IMG/VR virus record: IMGVR_UViG_2595698868_000001
Coordinates: 1-64,000 of that record
Reading direction: 5' to 3' (one strand)
Source of the DNA: a virus
Lineage: Duplodnaviria > Caudoviricetes
Length of the DNA stretch: 64,000 bases
The position numbers and the translations under genes were made by a program. The notes under the pieces were generated by a model. That model was not told where the DNA came from. It was given only the letters and a program-made list of their open reading frames with translations, and ran no database searches. Every line of letters starts with the position of its first letter. Positions within the stretch are counted from its first letter, which is position 1. This document shows, in pieces, positions 37,483 through 47,621 of this stretch.

Positions 37483-37952
37483 TGCGCTACTTCCTGGACA
37501 CCGAATTCAACGGCTTCGGCGGCTGCATTCTCAGCCTCGCCCTGGTCGCGCAGAACGGCGCATCGCTCTATCTCGTCTGGCCAACGAACGACATGCCTGA
37601 GGACCCTGATCCCTGGGTCCTCCAGAACGTCATCCCGCTCATGGACAAGGTGCCGGATAACGTCCGTACGATCGAAGTCCGTCGCGGCACGGACGATGCT
37701 GCCCGTCATATCGCCGAGTTCCTGCGCGGTGACCCGGCGCCCGAGATCGTGACCGATTGGCCTGACGACATCCGCTATTTCTGCGAGACGGTCATTACCG
37801 GCCCCGGACAGATGATCGCGATCCCGCGCCTCGCCTTCCAGATGCTCCGCGTCGATGCGTACCCGACCACGCTCGCCGGCGCGGTGCAGCATAATGCGTT
37901 CTGGGATGCCTGGGCACTCCACACGCTGCTGACACCCAATGGCGTCCGCTAA
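37482..37952 (+). CDS. DEDDh 3'-5' exonuclease-like (Rv2179c/RNase AS-like)
   Basis: FLDTEF, DWPDD, HNAFWDA. Confidence 0.75.
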   Translation: MRYFLDTEFNGFGGCILSLALVAQNGASLYLVWPTNDMPEDPDPWVLQNVIPLMDKVPDNVRTIEVRRGTDDAARHIAEFLRGDPAPEIVTDWPDDIRYFCETVITGPGQMIAIPRLAFQMLRVDAYPTTLAGAVQHNAFWDAWALHTLLTPNGVR

Positions 37953-38478
37953 GCGGCGGTCCGCCCCGAGGACCACCAAGAACACCATCTCCCGCCGCCG
38001 GCCGCGACGCCGAAAGGCTTCGACGACCAAGAAGACCCCCGTGTCCTACAACCACCGCACCCATCCGGCGAAGATTCATCGCCCGGCTCCGGGCCACTGC
38101 CGATGGTGCCATCAGCCGATCTATCGCGTGGATGGAACGATCAATCGCCGGCGCTCATGGTGTAGCAAGACCTGCGTGGGTCATTACTTGCTGCGTACGG
38201 ATTCCAAGATGATGCGGCAGCACATTTTCTTCCGTGATCAAGGTGTTTGTGCGAAGTGTGGAAAGGAGCACAAGTACAACAACGCGGATTGGGAAGCTGA
38301 TCACGCTCAGCCCTTGTTCCTAGCCTTTGGCGATCCTTCATTCTGGGAGCCTGAGAACGTACAAATTCTCTGCACTACTCCATGTCACAAGGAGAAGTCC
38401 GCTGAGGATCGTCGCAAGTATGGGTTCGTACTCAAGATGGCGAAGGGGCCTAAGTCTGCGCAAAATCGGTCCGGTTAG
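37939..38478 (+). CDS. HNH endonuclease (start may be GTG 38041)
   Basis: RDQGVCAKCG, WEADH..PL, NVQILC..CHKEK. Confidence 0.85.
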   Translation: MASAKRRSAPRTTKNTISRRRPRRRKASTTKKTPVSYNHRTHPAKIHRPAPGHCRWCHQPIYRVDGTINRRRSWCSKTCVGHYLLRTDSKMMRQHIFFRDQGVCAKCGKEHKYNNADWEADHAQPLFLAFGDPSFWEPENVQILCTTPCHKEKSAEDRRKYGFVLKMAKGPKSAQNRSG

Positions 38479-38509
38479 CACAGCCATACTGGCAAGTAAA
38501 CTACCAAAC

Positions 38510-38535
38510 TGCCAGAATTCTTGACATTAACCATG
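38510..38535 (+). promoter_or_regulatory. TGCCAG-N5-TTGACA promoter with TTAACCAT, head operon
   Basis: TGCCAGAATTCTTGACATTAACCATG then GCTAGAAC. Confidence 0.7.
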
Positions 38536-38672
38536 GATTTTGCTAGAACCTGCGACATCCCGACTAGGTAGCCGGCTCTCCCCAGGGCTTGTTGCCGCAC
38601 CATCCATTCTCGCGACGCGACGGGTCGTCACGCCTAGTCCCAGGGTCTGGGATAACAGAGAGACAAGTTTCT

Positions 38673-39458
38673 ATGCCGATTTTCCAGTTCGATACGCTCG
38701 AACAGATTCCTGAGGCGCTCCGCAGCTACGCGAAGTCCGAGGGCGAGAAGGTTCAGATCAATCTCGTTCCCGAAGACAAGCTGGCTGAGTTCCGCCAAAA
38801 CAACACCGACCTTCTGAAGGAGCGCGACGCTCTGAAGAAGGAAGTCGAGCTTTACAAGCCGATCGTGGGTGAAGACCCCAACGCGCTGCAAGCCGAACTG
38901 GTGGAACTGCGAGCGACGGCCCAGCGCGTCAAGGACGGCACGCTGACCGACAGCAAGGCCATCGAGCAAGAAGTCGTGCGCCGTACCGAGGACATGAAGA
39001 AGTCCCTGGAAGAGCAGATTCGTCAGGCCCAGAAGGAAGGCGCCAACTGGCGCGCCAAGGCCACCGACATCGAAGCTGTTCACAAGCGCACCCTGGTCAA
39101 TTCGGCGATCAAGGACGCCCTGATCGACCCGGAACTCGGCGTGCAGCCGTACGCCTATCCGGACATCCTGGCCCGCGCGACCAACGTCTGGCGCGCCCAG
39201 GACAACGGTCAAGTCCTGGCCTTCCAGGGCGACCTGCAACTCTACGGTTCGGACGGCGGCTCGCCGCTGACTCCGAAGGAATGGATCGTGAAGCTTCGCG
39301 ACGAGGCCCCGCACTACTTCAAGGGCACTCAAGGCGGCGGCGCCGGCGGCGACACCACGCAGCGCGGTCAGTTCGGCAAGACCCAGCAGGAACTGCGCAG
39401 CATGCGCGGCGCCGACAAGCTGGCTCTGGCCAACGGAGCGAAGCCGGCCTCGCTGTAG
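38673..39458 (+). CDS. Capsid scaffolding protein (putative)
   Basis: Coiled coil, EFRQNN, APHYFK..QGGGAGG; directly upstream of MCP. Confidence 0.75.
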   Translation: MPIFQFDTLEQIPEALRSYAKSEGEKVQINLVPEDKLAEFRQNNTDLLKERDALKKEVELYKPIVGEDPNALQAELVELRATAQRVKDGTLTDSKAIEQEVVRRTEDMKKSLEEQIRQAQKEGANWRAKATDIEAVHKRTLVNSAIKDALIDPELGVQPYAYPDILARATNVWRAQDNGQVLAFQGDLQLYGSDGGSPLTPKEWIVKLRDEAPHYFKGTQGGGAGGDTTQRGQFGKTQQELRSMRGADKLALANGAKPASL

Positions 39459-39619
39459 GCCGGTTGGGGGCAGCCCCTCTCGCCTGAGGGGTGCTAGGCC
39501 GGGCGGGCCTAACTTAAGCGCCGGGGTTTCTTGGGGCGGTTCCCACCAAAAACCGTCCTACCAGTTTCGCCCATAAGGGCATCGCGTCGAGCGCCGATCC
39601 TGGCGATCCGCATCCAGAA

Positions 39620-39653
39620 TTAGAGTCACGTTTCCTCCGAAACGTGACTCTAA
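39620..39653. promoter_or_regulatory. Perfect palindrome TTAGAGTCACGTTTC-CTCC-GAAACGTGACTCTAA upstream of MCP
   Basis: Seen directly. Confidence 0.8.
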
Positions 39654-39755
39654 CAAAATTCCCTCGGGTGTCGTCGGACGATCCGAGGGGGAGCCCGAGG
39701 CGGGGGCCGCCTCCTCAAACCTGTCCGGCATGAAACCAACTAAGGGAAAGCTCTA

Positions 39756-40688
39756 ATGGCTGCCTTGACTCTGCTCGAAGCCTCTGATCTGGCGATGGGC
39801 AACGATGAGGTGAAGCGTTCGGCAATCATCGAACTCTTCGCCTACCCGGACCTGCTGAAGGTGCTGCCGTTCATGGACGTGCCCGGCGGTTCGTACACCT
39901 ACACGCAAGAAGGCGCCCTGCCCGGCGTGGCCTTCCGTGGCTTCAACGAAGCCTACACCAACGGCGTCGGCGTCGTGAACTCGCAAGTCGAAGTTCTGAA
40001 GATCGTCGGTGGCGACCTGGACGTCGACAAGGCCCTCATCAAGACCCACGGCGCGGACATCCGTACCCGTCAGGAAAAGATGAAGGTCAAGGCTCTGTCG
40101 CTGTTCCTGGCCGGCAAGATCATCAACGGTGACTCCGAGCAGGACCCGCGCGAATTCGACGGTCTGCGCAAGCGCATCGTCGGCTCGCAGCGTATCCCGG
40201 CCGGCAACACCAACGGTGGCGACGCGCTGTCGCTGCAAATCCTGGACGAAGCCATCGACGCCGTCGAAGGTGCGACCCACCTCGTCATGTCGAAGCGCAT
40301 GCGCAACCTGCTGTCGGCCGCCAGCCGTCAGACCTCGGTCGCGGGCTTCATCACCTGGGACAAGACCGAGTTCGGCGAGCGCATCGCCTACTACAACGAC
40401 CTGCCCATCTTGGTCACCGACTACGACGACAAGAACGTCCAAGTCATCGACTTCAACGAAGCCTGCCCCGGCGGCGGTACCACCGGTACCTCGATCTACG
40501 TCCTGAACATCGGCGACAGCGGCGTGATCGGCCTCCAGAACGGCGTCATGGAAGTTGACGACCTCGGTCAGGTCAACGACAAGCCGGTGTACCGCACCCG
40601 CATCGAATGGCTGATCAGCCTCGCCGTCATGAGCGGCCGTGCTGCGGCCCGCGTGTGGGGCATCAAGAAGGCTCCGGTCGTCGCGTAA
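39756..40688 (+). CDS. Major capsid protein (HK97 fold, phiCbK-type)
   Basis: LPFMDV.G.SY.Y..E..LP.VAFR..NE, GGDLDVD, EFDGL..R; strong codon bias; position in head operon. Confidence 0.9.
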   Translation: MAALTLLEASDLAMGNDEVKRSAIIELFAYPDLLKVLPFMDVPGGSYTYTQEGALPGVAFRGFNEAYTNGVGVVNSQVEVLKIVGGDLDVDKALIKTHGADIRTRQEKMKVKALSLFLAGKIINGDSEQDPREFDGLRKRIVGSQRIPAGNTNGGDALSLQILDEAIDAVEGATHLVMSKRMRNLLSAASRQTSVAGFITWDKTEFGERIAYYNDLPILVTDYDDKNVQVIDFNEACPGGGTTGTSIYVLNIGDSGVIGLQNGVMEVDDLGQVNDKPVYRTRIEWLISLAVMSGRAAARVWGIKKAPVVA

Positions 40689-40770
40689 GTGACGGCCTAA
40701 GGGCTGGTCCTTCGGGGCCAGCCTGAGCCTCCTCCCCACCTCACACCACCTTTTCTAAGGGCATCTGAAG

Positions 40771-41250
40771 ATGAACTCCAAGATCAAGCACCAGTACGAC
40801 GCGCTTCTGGCGCTGCGTTCGCTGACCGACCGTGCGACTGCCGTGACCGCCGATGGCGCCGGTGGTGGTTACGTCGATCTGCACCACCTCCTGCCCGAAG
40901 GCACCCCCGGCGAGCCGGGCGCCCTGGGCGATGTCGCTGGCCTGTTCGGTCAGCGTCCGTTCGACGTCGTGATCCAAGTCGACGCGATCGACACCACGTC
41001 GGGTTCGGAAACCTACACCCTGAAGCTGCAAACGGTCGACGCCAACAAGGCCAACCCGACCGACGTGCCCTTCGGCGGTGCGGTCATCACGTCGGCTCTG
41101 GTCGGCGAACCGCTGGTCGTCAAGATCGACCCGGCCGTTCTGAAGCTGGCCGACGCGGATGCCGCGTACCTGCGCATCTTCGCCGACGTCGGCGGCGCCA
41201 CGCCGTCGATCACCTACTACGCGTTCGCTGCGCCGAACAGCCGCGCCTAA
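40771..41250 (+). CDS. Minor capsid / decoration protein
   Basis: Follows MCP, beta-rich, terminator after it. Confidence 0.7.
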   Translation: MNSKIKHQYDALLALRSLTDRATAVTADGAGGGYVDLHHLLPEGTPGEPGALGDVAGLFGQRPFDVVIQVDAIDTTSGSETYTLKLQTVDANKANPTDVPFGGAVITSALVGEPLVVKIDPAVLKLADADAAYLRIFADVGGATPSITYYAFAAPNSRA

Positions 41251-41278
41251 GTAGGCAGGTCGGGCTCAGGCTCAACCA

Positions 41279-41312
41279 GAGGCCCGGATCGAAAGGTCCG
41301 GGCCTTTTCTTT
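41279..41312. terminator. Intrinsic terminator
   Basis: AGGCCCGGATC-GAAA-GGTCCGGGCCTTTTCTTT. Confidence 0.85.
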
Positions 41313-41343
41313 ACTACCTACTTTACTGACCTCGGGTTTAGGA

Positions 41344-41775
41344 TCAATCGTCCTCGTCTTCCGTGTCGTCCGCCATCGCTTCGACCAACGGGATCAGGTT
41401 GTCGCGATGCAGCGTGTGCCAGACGTAGGCGTCGTCCTCGGTCTTCAGCAGCACGTACAGGTACTGCTCTGCGAACTCGCGCTGCACAGCGTTCACATCG
41501 ACGAGCACCCGAGGCGCGACGCCGCTCTCGCCGCGATCGCGGCCGTATGCGACGGTCCAGCCCTTCGTCGGATTGTTGAAGTCGTGCTTCTCGCCGACCT
41601 CTTCGTTGATGACGCTGAGGTCGCCCAGGGCAGCCAGTTTTCGCGCCTTTTCGACGTCCGAGTAGTGGTCCAGCAACGTCTGACCGTTGCCCTCATAATA
41701 GCCGTCCCAATGGACGTAGATGAAGAGGAAGGAGCCGTCTTCCTGCTGGACGGCGACGTTGCTGCGAGTGGCCAT
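41344..41775 (-). CDS. Conserved phage protein
   Basis: MATRS.....IY.HWDGY..G.G..L..HY family motif. Confidence 0.8.
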   Translation of the reverse strand: MATRSNVAVQQEDGSFLFIYVHWDGYYEGNGQTLLDHYSDVEKARKLAALGDLSVINEEVGEKHDFNNPTKGWTVAYGRDRGESGVAPRVLVDVNAVQREFAEQYLYVLLKTEDDAYVWHTLHRDNLIPLVEAMADDTEDEDD

Positions 41776-41960
41776 GAGGGAACCCCGGTTAACTATGCCT
41801 TCAGCCATAATCGGTTTATCCCTTGATGCAAGCGAAATGTCTGCCCTGCTTGCGCCAGAGTGCCAGGAATCTTGACACTTTGGGTTAACCATGCCACAAG
41901 AAACGGGCTTGCGGCGCATGGTTGCCGCCCTTTCTGAATTTCCTCCGCCGCAGGAACCAC

Positions 41961-42467
41961 ATGAGCGAATCCGTCATCATTTACGGGCCGAACGGCCCCG
42001 AACGTCACTCGCCGGCCAACGCCCGCGATCTCGTCTACACCGGCCTCTATAGCTGGGCTGAATTTTTCAAGACCACGCCGACCGCCATCGCGCCGTTCGC
42101 GCGCCTCGACGTCCCCTCGGGCAGCCTGACCCAGGACGTGCTGGACAAGGCGATCGTGAAGGAAGAAGGCGGCGCTTCGGGAGCGGCTTCGAGCGCCGCT
42201 GCTGCCCTGGCTGCTCAGCAGGCCCAGATGCAAGCGGCCCTGCTCCAACAGCAAGCCCTGGCTCAGGCCGCTGCCCAGGCCCAAGCGGCTGCTGCTGCCG
42301 CCGCGCCGGCTCCGGCCGTGGAAATCCCGGACTTCAGCAAGCCGGTCGAAGTCGACGCCTCGGACCTGGACGATGACGGCGATGTCGCCGAAGCTGAAGT
42401 CGTCGCCGACGAAGAAATCGCCACGCCGACCCCGCGTGGTCGTGGCCGTCCGCGCAAGAACGCCTAA
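41961..42467 (+). CDS. Hypothetical protein, Ala/Gln-rich linker with RGRGRPRK tail
   Basis: AGGA RBS; promoter motif at 41861. Confidence 0.8.
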   Translation: MSESVIIYGPNGPERHSPANARDLVYTGLYSWAEFFKTTPTAIAPFARLDVPSGSLTQDVLDKAIVKEEGGASGAASSAAAALAAQQAQMQAALLQQQALAQAAAQAQAAAAAAAPAPAVEIPDFSKPVEVDASDLDDDGDVAEAEVVADEEIATPTPRGRGRPRKNA

Positions 42468-42606
42468 GTCGGCGTCGACCCTGCATCAACCTCAGGGTCG
42501 TTAAATATGAGGCAGGGTCAACCCCTGTAGGTCCGCGCTAGCGCCGTATTCCGAGGCCGCACCTGTAAGAGGGCCGTATCGGAAGGTCTCGGAGCGGGAG
42601 ATATTG

Positions 42607-42638
42607 AAAGGCCCCGAACTCACGTTCGGGGCCTTTTG
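42607..42638. terminator. Bidirectional terminator
   Basis: AAAGGCCCCGAAC-TCAC-GTTCGGGGCCTTTT. Confidence 0.8.
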
Positions 42639-42642
42639 ATTC

Positions 42643-42933
42643 TCAGAAACGACTGAACTTGCCGGGGTAGAAGGCCTGATGGTTGATGCGCCTTTCCCGG
42701 ATCAGCAGCGCGAAGATGCGGCCCCGCCCTCGGTACCGGCGCTTCCACTTGTAGCGATGGACGAAGCGCGTCGCGCCCGGCCCGACGCCAAGCTTGGCGG
42801 TCCCGGTTCGGACACCCCAGAGCGGCGACTTGTTCACGGTACTGCGATAGATGTGAATTTGGCGATCGGTCTGGAAGTAGAGATCGCCGTTCATGCCTCG
42901 GTAAAGGCGGGATTTGCCGGGGAAACGGCGCAT
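42643..42933 (-). CDS. Basic hypothetical protein
   Basis: Fills the gap and ends at the terminator. Confidence 0.5.
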   Translation of the reverse strand: MRRFPGKSRLYRGMNGDLYFQTDRQIHIYRSTVNKSPLWGVRTGTAKLGVGPGATRFVHRYKWKRRYRGRGRIFALLIRERRINHQAFYPGKFSRF

Positions 42934-43013
42934 ACGCGGACCTTCCGAACTGCCAGGAATCTTGACATCTGAGCCAATCCGTGACAGAAGTCAAGGGCTA
43001 ATTTTAGCCCCTC

Positions 43014-43412
43014 TTGGCGGAATTTTCGGTGCCCAACCTCTCCTACTTTTCGCACGACAACATGATCGCGCAGTTTGGTCCGAACCAGACTTTCGCGGTG
43101 CTCGTTGACGCGCCGAACCCGGATGGCACCGGGCTGGTCGAGCCCAACGAGGCCTGGGGCTACGCGCGTCAAGCGATCGACTTCGAAGCCACGCGATCGA
43201 CCTCGGAGTCGGGCGTGACGGTGCTGCGCAACACCAACAACGTGGTCTTCGGCCCGGCGGTCACCGCCGACTGGCCGATGGTCCAATGGTTCGCTGTCTT
43301 CGACGAAAACGACAACATGATCTACTATGGTCGTTTGCGAACTGCACGTACGACTAAGCTGGGCGAAGTCACGGCGTTCCCGATCGAAGACATCGAAATT
43401 CGCCTTCGGTAA
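43014..43412 (+). CDS. Putative virion/fibre structural protein
   Basis: GYARQ.I.F, N...V.F...TADW..V..FAVFD family motif. Confidence 0.7.
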   Translation: MAEFSVPNLSYFSHDNMIAQFGPNQTFAVLVDAPNPDGTGLVEPNEAWGYARQAIDFEATRSTSESGVTVLRNTNNVVFGPAVTADWPMVQWFAVFDENDNMIYYGRLRTARTTKLGEVTAFPIEDIEIRLR

Positions 43413-43418
43413 GCGCTG

Positions 43419-45299
43419 ATGGCGAAGCGAGTCAGCATCACGCTCGACGTGGCGACGGATGTAGATTCGCGTCACGGCCTGGGCATGACCGCAGGTCTTC
43501 CGCCGGAGATCGAAGGCGGCACCATGGGTATCATGGATGCTGTCGTTGGCGCGGCGGTCGACGGTGGCGGGATCGTCGTCGTTCCTGGAACGATCGAAGA
43601 CCTCGTCGACGTCGAGATCAATCCGTCGACCTTGGCAGACGGCGATGTTCTGGTCTGGCGCGAGGCGCGTTGGGTCAACGAGCCTCAATCGGGCGGCGGT
43701 CCGGGCGGTAACGGTTTCCAGATTCCGCTTGGCCCGGTCGAGACGGCTGGTGACGGGTCCTGGTTGCCGGGCGCGGTTCCCCTGGCGGACGATATGGCGG
43801 TCAGTGAAGGCATCGACCGCATCAATGAAGTTCTTGGCAAGCTGGTCCCCACCCAGCCACCCGAATTCCCGAACGGCGGCCTTTCGCTGTCGAATACCGG
43901 AGGCTCCTCGCCGCGACTAGCGACGGGCGTGACCGATAATACGGGTGATACGCCCTACGCGCCGGGAGGCAGCGTTACGCGTGTCCCATCGGCGGGCGTG
44001 TCGAGCTTCGCCTTCAATGACGTGGGTCCGGGCGACAGCGGTACGGTGTCTGTTTGGATGAACGATGTCGAGGTCGCCAGCCGCGCCCTGACCGGCTCCG
44101 GCGACAACGGCATCTACAATGGTCTTCAGATCGCCGACCAGAAGGACTACCCGACTGCGCAGCCGGGCTTTTGGAAGTCGATCGACGTCTCGCTCAACGG
44201 CGTCCCTGCGGATGTCGGCGTAAACAAGGTCCAGGTGGTTCACTCGGCCGCCGGCCAGACCGCCGAAGTCTATTTCGTGCGCGACGGCATGACCGCGTCG
44301 CCGGTGGTTTCCGGCGGCAGCGTGGCTGAAGCTACCCAGGGCACGCTCGCCTATTCGTCGGGCGTGCCTCACTACGGTTCAGGCGCGTCGCTCACGGTGG
44401 GCGGATCGTTCACGAACCTGTCGGGCGAGACCTACTACGGCGGCTCGGACATCTTCACGGTGTCGGGTGAGAACGGCGTCATCAGCGGCCAGTCGTACGA
44501 CTATAGCACGCTCGGGATCACGGTTCCGCCGGTGCGCCAGAAGACCAGCGCGACCGCGATCACTCCGGTGACCGTGAGCGTGAACGGAAACGTCCATGCG
44601 GTGGGCCGTGTCCAGGGGGCCGCGCGCAACGTGAACGGCACGGGCTCGGCTGTCCTGGCATCGACGATGGTGCTGGTCAAGCGCGGCGCGGCGCCGGCCG
44701 GCAAGGTGGATGAGATGTCGGTGCCCGTGACGGGCATGGGTAGCGTCCCCAACGGCGATAACGCCGTGTCGGTGATGTTGGGAGACGGCGATACGCCGGC
44801 GGGAGCCGCGACGGCCTGGGACCCGACGGCGCTGCTGCCGACCTATTCTGCTTCGGTTGTGGCGGGCGTGCTCAAGCACGACCAGATCGACTATACCGCC
44901 GGCTACCTGCCGCAGGGACCCAACTATTCGGTGGGTCGCTCGGGACCTCAGTACCGCACTTGGTCGTTCAAGCGCGCCTCGCGCTCGACGTTCCGGATCA
45001 CGGTTACCGGTTCCTATGCAGGCTGCTGGATCAAGCTGCCGGGCGTGTCGGATTCCCAGCCGAACGCCCCGAATGGCTGGTGGAACGCCTTCGCCGCATA
45101 TGACGGCGCCGGTATCCCTGGCGAAGCTGGCGACCCCGCCGCCGGCTGCGCGCTCGGCTCCGTGATGAACGGTGGTTCGGGCACGTTCACGATCACCTTC
45201 GGCACGCAGTCCTCGACCAACGCGACCGGCAATGAAGTCCTCATCCGCTTCCGGCTGAACGCCGGCCAACAAATCACCGCGCTGGCGTACAGCAACTAG
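43419..45299 (+). CDS. Putative virion structural protein, paralogue of the 45308 C-terminal region
   Basis: Gly/Thr/Ser-rich; ~520 aa shared with the next gene. Confidence 0.85.
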   Translation: MAKRVSITLDVATDVDSRHGLGMTAGLPPEIEGGTMGIMDAVVGAAVDGGGIVVVPGTIEDLVDVEINPSTLADGDVLVWREARWVNEPQSGGGPGGNGFQIPLGPVETAGDGSWLPGAVPLADDMAVSEGIDRINEVLGKLVPTQPPEFPNGGLSLSNTGGSSPRLATGVTDNTGDTPYAPGGSVTRVPSAGVSSFAFNDVGPGDSGTVSVWMNDVEVASRALTGSGDNGIYNGLQIADQKDYPTAQPGFWKSIDVSLNGVPADVGVNKVQVVHSAAGQTAEVYFVRDGMTASPVVSGGSVAEATQGTLAYSSGVPHYGSGASLTVGGSFTNLSGETYYGGSDIFTVSGENGVISGQSYDYSTLGITVPPVRQKTSATAITPVTVSVNGNVHAVGRVQGAARNVNGTGSAVLASTMVLVKRGAAPAGKVDEMSVPVTGMGSVPNGDNAVSVMLGDGDTPAGAATAWDPTALLPTYSASVVAGVLKHDQIDYTAGYLPQGPNYSVGRSGPQYRTWSFKRASRSTFRITVTGSYAGCWIKLPGVSDSQPNAPNGWWNAFAAYDGAGIPGEAGDPAAGCALGSVMNGGSGTFTITFGTQSSTNATGNEVLIRFRLNAGQQITALAYSN

Positions 45300-45307
45300 G
45301 TCCAACG

Positions 45308-47620
45308 ATGCCCATCACCACTGACGAAAAGGTCGACTTCCTGTTCAAGCAGGCTGGCTTCGGTGTCGCCAAGACCGAAACGGCCGCGAACAAGACTGGC
45401 TCGAACGAAACCATCCCGTTCCCGCAGGTGGTCTTCCCGGACTCGGTCTGGAAGGAGTCCAACCTCATTCCGCCGTCGGCGCCGGTGTCGTCGGGGGGCG
45501 TTATCGAGGCGTGGACCGGCGCGAACCGCATCCGTGCGACGACCGACCCGACTTCGACTCCGAATCTGACGTGGCTGGCGACTGAAGTCTTCGGAACGCC
45601 CGCCTCGCGTCTGTCGGGCTTCGTGCCGCCGACTTTCGGCTCCAGCTACGCCGTCAAGGTGTATATCGGCGACCCCAACGTGGGTCCGGCCGCGCGTATC
45701 TTCCCCGACACCACGGGCGAGGAATGGGTGTTCAACTACACCTCGGGCGTGCTCATGTTCATGGGCAACAGCATCCCCGCCGCTAAGACCGCCACGATCG
45801 GTTCCGGATCGGTGACGGTCGCCGCCAACGGCATTTACCTCGAACTCTACCAGTACGTCGGCGCGGTCGGCGTGGGCGATGAAGGCGTCGCCAACGGTTA
45901 CGAACTGCCCCTGGGCGGCACCAGCGCCTGGACCGGTGCCGTGCCGCTGGACGACAACACGAGCATCTCCGAGGCCATCGACTTGATCAACAACAAGCTG
46001 GGCGACGTGGCCTCGGACACGCCGGCCGACGGCTTCCATCTCGTCCTGGGCGACGTCACGGTGGACGGCGATGGTTCCTGGTCGCCGGGCGCCGTTCCGT
46101 TCACCAACAACATGCCCGTCAGCGAAGGCATGGATCGCCTCAACGAAGTGCTCGCCAAGCTGATCCCGGCAACGCCGCCGGATTTCCCGAACGGCACGCT
46201 GTCGATCTCGAACACGGCTGGTTCTTCGCCGCGTCTGGCGACGGGCGTCACCGATAATTCGGGTGGCGGTTCGGGCTACGTCGATGGTGGCGCTGTTACC
46301 CGCATCACCGCTGCTGGCATCAACAGCAACACGTTCAACGACGTGGGTCCGGGCGATGTGGGCACGGTCGCGGCGTTCCTGAACGGCGTCGCCACCGCCA
46401 CGCACGCGCTCACGGGTACGGGCGACAACGGGACCTATTCGGGGCTCGTGATTGCCGACCAGAAGGACTACCCCGTCTCGACGCCGGGCTTCTGGAAGTC
46501 GATCGACGTCTCGCTCAACGGGTTCGCGGCTCCGATCGGTATCAACAAGGCCCGTATCTCGCACGGCGGCGCCGGCCAAACCAACGACGTCTTTTTCGTT
46601 CGTGATGCCCTCACGGCAACGCCCGCGATCACTTCGCCCTCGGTCGTCCAGGCCGGCGCGGGCACCCTGGCTTATTCCTCGGGGGTCCCGCACTACGGGA
46701 CCGGCGCGACGCTGACGGTCAACCTGTCGTATTCGAATCTGTCGGGCGAGACCTACTATGGTGGTTCCGACCCCATCACGATCACGGGCACGAACAGCAT
46801 CATCGGCTCGCAGGCGTTCGATTATCCGGCGCTCGGCATCACCACGCCGATCCCGCGCCAGACGACCGCCGCCACGGCGATCACCGCGATCACCGTCAAT
46901 GTGAATCCGACGAACGTCCACAATGTTGGTGTCATCCAGGGCGTCGCCAAGAACGTCAACGGCTCCAGCACGACGACCACGCTGTCGACCACGAACGTCC
47001 TGGTCAAGGCCGGGTCTGCCGGCTCGCGCATCGACGAGATGAGCGTTCCGGTTTCGGGCCTGGGTTCGTCGCCGAACACCAACAACGCCGTCTCGGTGGT
47101 GATGGCAGGCGGCGATACGCCGGCGGGCGCGCCGTCGGCCTGGACGACGTCGACGCAGGTCCAGACCTACGACGCCACGGTCGTCGCTGGCGTACTGAAG
47201 CACGACCAGACCGACTACACCAACTACATGCCGTCCGGCCCGAACTATTCGTCGGGTCGCACGGGTTCGCAGTACCGCACCTTCTCGTTCAACCGTGCGG
47301 CGCGCTCGACCTTCAAGATCACGATCGCGGGCTCCTACGCCGGCTGCTGGATCAAGCTGCCGGGCGTCTCGGATACGCAGCCCAATGCTCCGAACGGTTG
47401 GTGGAACGCATTCCAGGCCTACGACGGCGCCGGCGTTCCGGGCGAAGCCGGCGATACCGCCAACGGCTGCGCGCTGGGCGGCGTCATGTCGGGCGGCTCT
47501 GGCACCTTCACGATCACGTTCGGCACGGAATCGTCGACGAACGCGACCGGCAATCAAATCCTGGTCCGCCTCAAGCTGAACGCGGGCCAGCAAGTCACGG
47601 CACTCTCCTTCTCGAACTAA
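45308..47620 (+). CDS. Putative virion structural protein (N-domain like 47622, C-domain like 43419)
   Basis: Shared motifs AARIFPDTTGEEW.F.Y and YAGCWIKLPGVSD. Confidence 0.85.
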   Translation: MPITTDEKVDFLFKQAGFGVAKTETAANKTGSNETIPFPQVVFPDSVWKESNLIPPSAPVSSGGVIEAWTGANRIRATTDPTSTPNLTWLATEVFGTPASRLSGFVPPTFGSSYAVKVYIGDPNVGPAARIFPDTTGEEWVFNYTSGVLMFMGNSIPAAKTATIGSGSVTVAANGIYLELYQYVGAVGVGDEGVANGYELPLGGTSAWTGAVPLDDNTSISEAIDLINNKLGDVASDTPADGFHLVLGDVTVDGDGSWSPGAVPFTNNMPVSEGMDRLNEVLAKLIPATPPDFPNGTLSISNTAGSSPRLATGVTDNSGGGSGYVDGGAVTRITAAGINSNTFNDVGPGDVGTVAAFLNGVATATHALTGTGDNGTYSGLVIADQKDYPVSTPGFWKSIDVSLNGFAAPIGINKARISHGGAGQTNDVFFVRDALTATPAITSPSVVQAGAGTLAYSSGVPHYGTGATLTVNLSYSNLSGETYYGGSDPITITGTNSIIGSQAFDYPALGITTPIPRQTTAATAITAITVNVNPTNVHNVGVIQGVAKNVNGSSTTTTLSTTNVLVKAGSAGSRIDEMSVPVSGLGSSPNTNNAVSVVMAGGDTPAGAPSAWTTSTQVQTYDATVVAGVLKHDQTDYTNYMPSGPNYSSGRTGSQYRTFSFNRAARSTFKITIAGSYAGCWIKLPGVSDTQPNAPNGWWNAFQAYDGAGVPGEAGDTANGCALGGVMSGGSGTFTITFGTESSTNATGNQILVRLKLNAGQQVTALSFSN

Positions 47621-47621
47621 G

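Noticed and set aside
43419-47620. Diversity-generating retroelement TR/VR pair
   Set aside because: Both copies are coding, differences are not adenine-specific, and no reverse transcriptase is in the window
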